Both the position numbers and the translations under genes were made by a program. The notes below the pieces were generated by a model, which did no database searches, was not told the origin of the DNA, and worked only from the letters and a program-made list of their open reading frames with translations. A DNA stretch of 14,899 nt from a filamentous cyanobacterium CCT1 (lineage in GTDB: Bacteria > Cyanobacteriota > Cyanobacteriia > Phormidesmidales > Phormidesmidaceae), in the NCBI GenBank assembly GCA_003017855.1, contig PYER01000155.1:1-14899 (forward strand), written 5' to 3'. This document shows, piece after piece, positions 7,679-14,198 of the stretch (position 1 is its first letter; each line of letters starts with the position of its first letter).

Positions 7679-10600
7679 TTGAATCCTGGTGCACCTTTTC
7701 CCAAAGTGCGTTTGCCCGAGAACTTTGTAGCTCGCCCTGATGCTTTGAATGCTGTGAAGGCAAAGCTTCTGGCAAAAAATGAGCAAATGCTTGTAGTGAG
7801 CGCAATCGCCGGTTTAGGAGGACTTGGTAAATCTGTCTTAGCAGCAGCGTTGATATTGGACTTAGAAGTACAAGAGCGATTTGCAGATGGTATTTTGTGG
7901 GTGACGTTGGGACAAAACCCTGACTTACAGACAATGTTAGGAGATTGGATTCGGGAATTAGACAAATCACGGGATGCGTTTAGCGCGAATACGCTTGAGG
8001 CTGCTTCGCGATACTTACACAACCTTTTGATAGAGCGGCGAATGTTGCTCGTCGTTGACGATGTGTGGAATGCAACTCACGCAGAGTGGTTTCGAGTTGG
8101 GGGTGTAGGGTGTCGAGTTTTAGTGACGACTCGAGAGGCTCAACTTGAGGGAGCTGAGTACTATTCATTGGATTTGATGACTGAGAATGAAGCTGTTGAC
8201 CTAGTACGCCAGAAGCTAAAACATGTGTGGCGACCGGAAGAGGAACATAAGGTTAGAGACTTTGCAAAAGTTTTAGGGTATTTACCTTTAGCATTAGATT
8301 TAGCCACAAACCAAGTTCGGCATGGACTCAGTTGGGCAGATTTAAAGGCGGAATTTGAGGCAGAACGGCGAGCCGTTGCCTTAGGAGCCGGACGAAGATC
8401 GCGAGCGATTACATTATTGGACTCTTTGGAAGCTTGGGACCGCCTAGATGAGAACGAGCAACGTAATTACAGTTTGCAAGCTTGTTTCAACTTAAGTTTA
8501 AACCGCTTAAACAAGCTACAGTTAAAGCAGTTCGCTTGGTTAGGAGTGCTCCCCGAAGACGTAATTATCACGGGAACAACAGCAGCAGTTCTGTGGGATG
8601 TACCGCTCATTCAAGCAAAAAGAATCTTGGCTCTGCTGCGAACACGTTCTTTCTTAACTGATGGAGTGGTAACTTTTGAAAATGAGCTGACGTATCGAGT
8701 ACATGACTTGATGCATGATATTGCACGCTGCCTCATTGAAGAGGACACCCTTCAAGTCAAAAGCCTTGATCTTGAGTCTAAAAACTGTTTTCAAATAGCA
8801 CACTGCCACTTTCTTGATCGCTATCGTAATTTGGCAGCATATGGATTATGGGAGAAGTTACCCAATGATGGCTATATCCATCGGCATTTAACCTGGCATA
8901 TGGTGCAAGCAGGATTAAATGACGAGCTCCATCAATTGATGTCAGCAAGCAATGAATATGGACGAAACGCTTGGTTTGAAGCATGTGAGCAAGTTGGGCA
9001 ACCCGCAATTTTTGTAGACGATGTATCTCGAGGATGGAAATTAGCTGAGGAAGAGTATTATAACCAACCCTCTAAGTCACTTATCCTGCAGTGCCGTTAT
9101 GCTTTGGTGACAGCAAGCCTTCATAGCTTGGTTGAGCAAGTGCCTGCAAATCTGATGTCAGAATTCATGATGCGAGGATATTGGACGCCAGAGCAGACTT
9201 GGGCGTATGTAGAACAAATACAAGATGACCAGAGAGTTTCTGAAGCGATAGTAGCTCTCGCTCCTTCTTTACCAGAGTATATACTCAATTTAGCAGTTAA
9301 AAAAGCTCATCTAATCCAAAATAAGTATAGAAAAGCCCTTGCTCTAAGCTCTCTGGCTCAGATCAAGCATTCTATATTTCCGGATGCTTCAAGAGCCGTA
9401 GATGAAATTCGAGATGAGTACTGTCGCGCATTTGTTTTATGTACACTTACTCAAATTTCTGGTATTAGTTTTACACAGCGCCAAAAGCTATCAGAGATCG
9501 CAAGTAGTTTCCAAAATAAAGAGTATCAAAGAAGAGCTTTAAATTGTCTAAATAGTATCAGAAAGACTGATTCTAGCTGTACTCAAGAGAGTTCGCCTGA
9601 ATTTAATCTATTTAAAAATTTTTCCACTCCTGATACTGATTTCGCGAGCTCCAGCTTTAAATTTCTTCTTAAGCAAGCCAAAGAAACAGATTTCGGATAT
9701 CCCCGTGCATGTTTACTGAGCGCGTTAGCCAAACACGAAGATGCTGATTTCACACAATTGCTAGAAGTGGCACGTTCCATCAGGGATGAAAACGAATTTG
9801 CATATACACTGAGTAAATTAGCTAAGCTTAACCATATCTATTTTGAGGAGGCATTCAGGGCAACAAAGCTCATAACAGACAGCTACAGATATAAACATAT
9901 TTTTCGTGCATTATCTCAGGTTCAGGGTGCAGATTTTACACGATTGTTCGAGACGGCGCAAAAAATCTCAAACTTTTCTGACCGTAGCGACGTACTATGT
10001 GAGCTAGCTCGTATGGAGTCTGCTAGCTTTATGCAGTTGCTTGAGGCGGCGCAAAAAATCTCAAATTTTTCTGACCGTAGCGATCTACTATGCGAGCTGA
10101 CTCACATGAAGTCTGCCGACTATACTGTTCTCTTAAAAACAACACAGGAACTCTTCAAAGAAACTGTCTTTTCAAAAAAACAGAATAGACAACCCAGCAG
10201 TTACTTAAATAGAATTTTTCGGACGCTAGCAAAGATGAAGTCTGCTAACTTTTACCAACTTCTCAAGCTAGCACAAAAGCTTCCTGCCGCTGATCGCGGC
10301 GAGATGATATGTGCACTAGCTCAGATGGAGTCTGCTGACTTCAACCAACTACTCAAATTAGCACGAGAAATTCCTGCCGCTGATCGCGGCGAGATGATAT
10401 GTGCACTAGCTCAGATGGAGTCTGCTGACTTCAGCCAACTACTCGAATTAGCACGAGAAATTCCTGCCGCTGATCGCGGCGAGATGATATGTGCACTAGC
10501 TCAGATGGAGCCTGCTGACTTCAACCAACTACTCGAATTAGCACGAGAAATTCCTGCCGCTAAACATAGCGACGTGCTATGTGCATTATCTCAGATGGAG

Positions 10601-11428
10601 TTTGCTGACATTAATCAATTAAAAAAGGCGGCAAAAAGACGAAAGATTTCTGACCCGGAGTTATTTCTTTTCCTAGCCCGTCTAAAATCAGAAGATTTTA
10701 ATCGGCTCTTGGCAACAGCACAAAATGCCCTGAATCTCTCCGATCATCCGGAAGTGTTGTGTGCGTTGTCTCAAATGGAGTCTGCTGATTTCAGCCAACT
10801 ACTCAAACTTGCGCGCAAAATTCCTGCGTCTAGGTGCCGTGAGGTGTTGTGTTCATTGGCTCGGATGGAGTCTGCTGACTTCAGTCAATTGCTTAAGCTA
10901 GCGCAAAAAATTTCGAATCCTTATGACTATTGCAAAGTGTTGAGTGCTTTATCCGACTTAAATTCAGCAAATTTTACTCAATTATTAAGGGCCGCGCAAA
11001 ATTTACAGGATGAAAGAGAATTGAGTAATTTGTTAGTCCAACTAGCCAAAAAGGAAGCGGTAAATTTCATTGATCTATTAGAATCAATAAAGCTTATTCA
11101 GGACGAAATGATTCGTGCGAATGTCTTAATTGAAATAGCGTGTAGAGTATCATCCTCTTTGTTGGACAAAGCATTTCAGGTTGTAGATTCCATAACACAC
11201 AGGCCTACTGGAGCAAAAGTGATTAGTAGTTTAATTGCTTGTCCTACTAACGTTATCAAGACTTATGCTGACTGGCAATTTTCTTTAAATCTTCTTTCCT
11301 GCCGAAAACGTTCAGAGCTGATGCAAGACATTGTTTCTCTGCATTATGTCATCACATATTTTAGTGGAGAGGAAACGATGAACGGTATCGTCGATGCTAT
11401 GCGAGAAGTTTGTGATCAATGGAAATAA
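7679..11428 (+). CDS. NB-ARC (Apaf-1/R-protein/CED-4 type) STAND NTPase with C-terminal helical-repeat sensor; NLR-like protein
   Basis: 1249-aa ORF. NB-ARC motifs occur in canonical order: P-loop GLGGLGKS (7811-7834), RNBS-A-like FADGILWVTLGQNPD, Walker B/kinase-2 LLVVDDVW (8045-8068), RNBS-B RVLVTTRE, GLPL-like LGYLPLAL (8276-8296), RNBS-D-like CFNLSLNRL...FAWLGVLPED, and MHD-like VHDLMHD (8699-8719). An Apaf-1 HD2-like segment follows (YIHRHLTWHMVQAGLNDELHQLM...NAWFEA), then about 20 repeats of 30-31 aa. The annotated start is a TTG with no convincing Shine-Dalgarno element. The first in-frame ATG (7787) is only 8 codons before the P-loop, so the real N-terminus is uncertain (see the frameshift cassette). 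Confidence 0.9.
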   Translation: MNPGAPFPKVRLPENFVARPDALNAVKAKLLAKNEQMLVVSAIAGLGGLGKSVLAAALILDLEVQERFADGILWVTLGQNPDLQTMLGDWIRELDKSRDAFSANTLEAASRYLHNLLIERRMLLVVDDVWNATHAEWFRVGGVGCRVLVTTREAQLEGAEYYSLDLMTENEAVDLVRQKLKHVWRPEEEHKVRDFAKVLGYLPLALDLATNQVRHGLSWADLKAEFEAERRAVALGAGRRSRAITLLDSLEAWDRLDENEQRNYSLQACFNLSLNRLNKLQLKQFAWLGVLPEDVIITGTTAAVLWDVPLIQAKRILALLRTRSFLTDGVVTFENELTYRVHDLMHDIARCLIEEDTLQVKSLDLESKNCFQIAHCHFLDRYRNLAAYGLWEKLPNDGYIHRHLTWHMVQAGLNDELHQLMSASNEYGRNAWFEACEQVGQPAIFVDDVSRGWKLAEEEYYNQPSKSLILQCRYALVTASLHSLVEQVPANLMSEFMMRGYWTPEQTWAYVEQIQDDQRVSEAIVALAPSLPEYILNLAVKKAHLIQNKYRKALALSSLAQIKHSIFPDASRAVDEIRDEYCRAFVLCTLTQISGISFTQRQKLSEIASSFQNKEYQRRALNCLNSIRKTDSSCTQESSPEFNLFKNFSTPDTDFASSSFKFLLKQAKETDFGYPRACLLSALAKHEDADFTQLLEVARSIRDENEFAYTLSKLAKLNHIYFEEAFRATKLITDSYRYKHIFRALSQVQGADFTRLFETAQKISNFSDRSDVLCELARMESASFMQLLEAAQKISNFSDRSDLLCELTHMKSADYTVLLKTTQELFKETVFSKKQNRQPSSYLNRIFRTLAKMKSANFYQLLKLAQKLPAADRGEMICALAQMESADFNQLLKLAREIPAADRGEMICALAQMESADFSQLLELAREIPAADRGEMICALAQMEPADFNQLLELAREIPAAKHSDVLCALSQMEFADINQLKKAAKRRKISDPELFLFLARLKSEDFNRLLATAQNALNLSDHPEVLCALSQMESADFSQLLKLARKIPASRCREVLCSLARMESADFSQLLKLAQKISNPYDYCKVLSALSDLNSANFTQLLRAAQNLQDERELSNLLVQLAKKEAVNFIDLLESIKLIQDEMIRANVLIEIACRVSSSLLDKAFQVVDSITHRPTGAKVISSLIACPTNVIKTYADWQFSLNLLSCRKRSELMQDIVSLHYVITYFSGEETMNGIVDAMREVCDQWK
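9236..11240 (+). repeat. Intragenic array of about 20 degenerate 30-31-aa alpha-helical (HEAT/ARM-like) repeats, the sensor region of the NB-ARC protein
   Basis: The recurring consensus is D/N-x-x-x-R-x-x-v-L-C-A-L-a-q-M-E-S-A-D-F-x-Q-L-L-k-L-A-q-k-I, read along the translated ORF. Examples are SDRSDVLCELARMESASFMQLLEAAQKIS, ADRGEMICALAQMESADFNQLLKLAREIP and SRCREVLCSLARMESADFSQLLKLAQKIS. The boundaries are approximate. Confidence 0.8.
10281..10550 (+). repeat. Three near-identical tandem 90-bp units inside the sensor repeat array
   Basis: TTCCTGCCGC recurs at 10281, 10371, 10461 and 10551, a period of 90 bp or 30 codons. The units 10281-10370, 10371-10460 and 10461-10550 differ pairwise at only 2 of 90 positions by hand alignment. 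Confidence 0.92.
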
Positions 11429-11602
11429 ATAGCAATTGAATTGTTTTCCTGAAATGAGTTCTTATAAAAGGACTACTTTATAGGCGTCGGATAATTTTCG
11501 GTGAGTTTAAATGGCCTTGAGGTTTATCTGAGAAAAAACCCTTTGACCAAAATTCAAATGGCCTTTCGATTGCATTAGGCTTTATACCTTTAAACTGCGA
11601 GA

Positions 11603-11800
11603 CTACCGATCGCACCCCTTTACCCTAAACACCTCCCCCTGCTCTGGGGTAACCAAAATCCCCGACTCTGGTATCGTTACCGACCGGCTCCACTTCCGCC
11701 ATTCCAGATACTCGACCACTATGGAAGGTTTTCAGCGTAGCCAGCCAAGCCTTAACCCAGTCCTTATTACTTCAAGAGTGAGAGGTGATGATACATGCTG
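11603..11800 (-). pseudogene. Decayed C-terminal relic of a paralogue of the 160-aa gene at 12730-13212
   Basis: 11625-11700 aligns to 12761-12836 with 66/76 identical bases by hand alignment (50/53 over the first 53). The minus-strand translation ...EYLEWRKWSRSVTIPESGILVTPEQGEVFRVKGCDR* parallels ...AEQREWSRQFTIPESGILITPEQGEVFSYLLRYRQLD*. The frame is closed by an in-frame TGA at 11732-11734. Further upstream similarity (LAGYAE, HVSSP) appears only in other frames. The upstream extent is uncertain. Confidence 0.5.
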
Positions 11801-12085
11801 CAACAGGTTATGGCCCAAATCCTGCTCCATCTCTCCGATTACTTGGCAGAACGCCTGGCCCCCTTCCAAGAAAAGCTACCAGAGCTGCTTGAGCGTGGTC
11901 TGCAAGACGTGCTAGACCAACCGACTCAAGACAACCCCGAGCAAGAGGCTGAGCTAGATCAGTCTCAACAACACGCCGAACTATTTAGAATTCCTCGTCA
12001 GATCCGCACCGACATACAAGCTAAGCACGGAACCTACCAAGGTGATCTACTAACCGAAGCCCGCTGCCAGGAGTTCCAGCCATAA
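11795..12085 (+). CDS. Hypothetical small acidic protein
   Basis: 96-aa ORF with an ATG start and GAGAGG 9 nt upstream (11780-11785). I recognise no motif, and it partly overlaps the relic region, so it may not be a real gene. Confidence 0.4.
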   Translation: MLQQVMAQILLHLSDYLAERLAPFQEKLPELLERGLQDVLDQPTQDNPEQEAELDQSQQHAELFRIPRQIRTDIQAKHGTYQGDLLTEARCQEFQP

Positions 12086-12133
12086 TAGAACCATCCCAAC
12101 AGCGACGAGGTGGCCTGCCCATGACAGGTATCA

Positions 12134-12358
12134 TCAGGCCGCATAACGACGGATTTCAACCTCGGCACCGCTGGCAATTGCTTCTTCTGCCCGTTCCAGC
12201 AGATCTCCAGTTACCTCATCACTGAGGTAGTACTCACCACAGTTTTCGCAAACCTCAGCAGGTACTCGTTTAAACACGACGATGGCTCCCTCCCGGTCTA
12301 AGGTGACCGTTACCAGCCCGGCCTGGGTTTGTCCTTGTTTGCAAATCACACAGTTCAT
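12134..12358 (-). CDS. YgiT-type (MqsA-like) zinc-finger protein, putative antitoxin
   Basis: 74-aa ORF with two CxxC pairs (CVICKQG ... CENCGE) and the typical layout MxCxxC..G......tvtl.r.g..vv...VPA.VCxxCGE.Y. Its ATG overlaps the stop of the upstream DUF4258 gene (ATGA, 12355-12358). Confidence 0.82.
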   Translation of the reverse strand: MNCVICKQGQTQAGLVTVTLDREGAIVVFKRVPAEVCENCGEYYLSDEVTGDLLERAEEAIASGAEVEIRRYAA

Positions 12359-12672
12359 GGTTGTTTCCGAGTTTTGAAATCAGGTTGCCACAGGTTTAGA
12401 TCCGGTTCATAGGCAGTAACGACATAAGCAGTCTGTGTGTCAGCATCCATTGCCGCTACAACATGAATCGGCCGCTGATTTACTACCCTCAGCATAAGAT
12501 AGCTGGGATAAGGGCGATCATTGGGATATTCGGCGATCACTTCCCCTTCAGCCAGAACTGCCTTAACTTCGTCTCGGCTAATCGTGCGCTGAAACATCTG
12601 TTTAATGGCATGACCTGAGAAAACGAGCGTTTGATAATCCACCCTGGCTGATAATCCATAGAGGGCACTCAT
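12355..12672 (-). CDS. DUF4258 domain protein, putative toxin of a type II toxin-antitoxin pair
   Basis: 105-aa ORF matching the DUF4258 pattern: FSGHAIKQMFQRTISRDEVKAVL..GEVIAEYPNDRPYPS.L.L....RPIHVV.A.D.....YVVTAYEPD...W..DFKTRK. It has the canonical gene order and 4-bp overlap with the zinc-finger partner. Confidence 0.8.
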   Translation of the reverse strand: MSALYGLSARVDYQTLVFSGHAIKQMFQRTISRDEVKAVLAEGEVIAEYPNDRPYPSYLMLRVVNQRPIHVVAAMDADTQTAYVVTAYEPDLNLWQPDFKTRKQP

Positions 12673-12683
12673 CCACCATTATC

Positions 12684-12720
12684 GAAAAGATCCCTGGACT
12701 ACTCAGGAATCCAGGGATCT
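12684..12720 (-). terminator. Perfect 11-bp-stem hairpin with a T-tract: intrinsic terminator of the 160-aa gene and/or operator palindrome of the toxin-antitoxin promoter
   Basis: AGATCCCTGGA (12688-12698) pairs with TCCAGGGATCT (12710-12720) around an 11-nt loop. On the minus strand the hairpin is followed by TTTTC (12684-12687 are AAAA on the plus strand). It lies between the stop at 12730 and the start at 12672. Confidence 0.5.
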
Positions 12721-12729
12721 AATTCACAA

Positions 12730-13212
12730 CTAATCCAACTGCCGATACCGTAGTAGGTAGCTAAACACCTCCCCCTGCTCCGGGGTAATCAAAATCCCCG
12801 ACTCCGGTATCGTGAACTGGCGGCTCCACTCCCGCTGCTCGGCGTACCGCGGCAAATTCAGGTGGTTAATCGCCCCTCGCACCCCTTCCGGCGACCCAAT
12901 CACCAGATGGCGCAACCGCTCGCGCCCCGGCTGACTCTCCGAATTCGCAAGCAGCAGCGGAGTCGTCGCCTCACTCCGATGGGCAAGCGCTACTAAATAT
13001 GGCAAACACAACATCAGGGTTTCCTCCAAGAAACGGATGGGTAGGAAACCCAAAATTTGGCCGCTCCCAGACAATATGCGGTTCAGAGCGGCCAGAGTAA
13101 CATAGTACTCAGCGCCCGAGACTGCTTGCTCAGCCTTGGGGGTCAGCCGCTGGTTGGTGTTGGTAGCACCTTCCAGCGGCGTTCGACCAAATTTTGGGAT
13201 ACCAAGCTGCAC
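12730..13212 (-). CDS. Hypothetical protein; a second decayed copy of this family lies at about 11.6-11.8 kb
   Basis: 160-aa ORF in backbone-like codon usage. The annotated start is a GTG, so the N-terminus is uncertain. The C-terminal block REWSRQFTIPESGILITPEQGEVF is conserved in the relic copy. Confidence 0.62.
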   Translation of the reverse strand: MQLGIPKFGRTPLEGATNTNQRLTPKAEQAVSGAEYYVTLAALNRILSGSGQILGFLPIRFLEETLMLCLPYLVALAHRSEATTPLLLANSESQPGRERLRHLVIGSPEGVRGAINHLNLPRYAEQREWSRQFTIPESGILITPEQGEVFSYLLRYRQLD

Positions 13213-13419
13213 GCAGACAGCTCTAAATCAGAAATTTAGCCCATTGCGATCGCCTAAGCAAGTCAAAATTGCTACAGAGTGCACCACCGTCTTGAACCTT
13301 AACATTGCAGAGAGTTCCGCAGAGGCGCAGTCGTCGATTGTCGAGAACAGTTACGTCGCTGTATCTCTTCCAAATTTCTGCACTGGTAAAATTGGACTCA
13401 TCCCTACCCATCTCTTGCG

Positions 13420-13770
13420 ATGCCCCCTGTCGACATCCGGCAACGAGCTATCTCTCTCATCGAGCAACTGCCTCAAAGTAAGCTAGCAGCAGTGGTTCAG
13501 CTGTTGGAGGTATTGACAGAACCAACCTCTCAAAGTGTAGCGAATGGTGATGAAACGCACCTGCTGGAGATTATCCAGCGGCGTCTACCAGAAGCAGAGC
13601 AAGCACGATTGAATGAATTGCGCGATGCTCAAAGAGCGGCCCTTGATGGCCAACGCTGCGAATGGGGCGAACTCACTGAAGCAGAACACCAGGAGCTGAT
13701 CCGCTACGAAGATCTCCTGGAACAGCACCGGGTCGAGCGACTGGAAGCTCTGATAGAACTTAGGCATTAA
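13420..13770 (+). CDS. Hypothetical small helical protein (antitoxin-like N-terminal LIEQLP...L helix)
   Basis: 116-aa ORF with an ATG start. It is a charged helical protein (RLPEAEQARLNELRD...ELTEAEHQELIRYEDLLEQHRVERLEALIELRH). No partner gene is evident downstream, and no clear Shine-Dalgarno element is present. Confidence 0.5.
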   Translation: MPPVDIRQRAISLIEQLPQSKLAAVVQLLEVLTEPTSQSVANGDETHLLEIIQRRLPEAEQARLNELRDAQRAALDGQRCEWGELTEAEHQELIRYEDLLEQHRVERLEALIELRH

Positions 13771-14035
13771 CACTAAATCGTGCAGGGGTCATTAACCTGA
13801 GACGGCTTTTGGCTTCAGCAGGGCTGCATCCTCCTGAGTAGATACTGCTCCTTGATCTAGAGCAATCACGTTGCTAAATCGTTATGCAGCTCCGTTCATG
13901 GGCAATGTTCAAATACCGGCAGGCCAACGCACAATAGCCCTGTTATCCATCGCACCTCTACAGTGAGGCGTCAATGCTTGAGTGCGATCGCTCACTGGTT
14001 TAGATTGCGGCCCAACAATGCCAATGCGAGGGCTC

Positions 14036-14198
14036 ACACGCTTAATGCGTCTATGGTTTGCTTTATTGTTATAGAGCAACTTCGAATCTGCAGCCGTCAC
14101 AATCTTAATTGCACCCCTCGCAGTCTTAATGCGATCGCGCGCACGCTTAATGTATCTATGGATTGCTCTACTGTCATTGAGCAACTTCGAATCTGCAG
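14036..14198. repeat. 105-bp-period direct duplication containing a 14-nt motif YCRCANNCTTAATG phased at multiples of 21 bp
   Basis: CTTAAT occurs at 14041, 14104, 14125 and 14146, at offsets of 63, 84 and 105 bp. The segment 14041-14093 (CTTAATGCGTCTATGGTTTGCTTTATTGTTATAGAGCAACTTCGAATCTGCAG) matches 14146-14198 at 46/53 positions by hand alignment. Confidence 0.8.

Noticed and set aside
7787-7789. The first in-frame ATG as the true start of the NB-ARC protein.
   Set aside because: It lies only 8 codons before the P-loop. Using it would remove the conserved pre-P-loop segment (LPENFVARPDALNAVKAKLL) that normally precedes Walker A in NB-ARC and STAND domains. An upstream start (TTG 7679) or frameshift entry is more plausible.
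7579-8168. Minus-strand ORFs 7579-8022, 7626-7970 and 7980-8168, antisense to the 5' part of the NB-ARC gene.
   Set aside because: The plus strand here encodes the P-loop to Walker B region with canonical NB-ARC motifs. The antisense products have no motifs and overlap one another.
9955-10900. A possible CRISPR array suggested by regularly spaced, near-identical repeats.
   Set aside because: The units are directly abutting 90-93-bp tandem copies with no unique spacers. They are in frame within a long ORF and encode a consistent helical-repeat consensus. No cas genes or leader sequence are present.
6755-11620. Mobile-element hallmarks at the island borders (tRNA target, integrase or transposase, inverted terminal repeats, target-site duplication). 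The 8-mer TTCAAATG occurs near both edges (about 7039 and about 11553).
   Set aside because: I could not recognise a tRNA-like sequence or recombinase ORF. An 8-nt match in AT-rich DNA is expected by chance and is not flanked by inverted repeats. The mechanism by which the island was acquired remains unknown.
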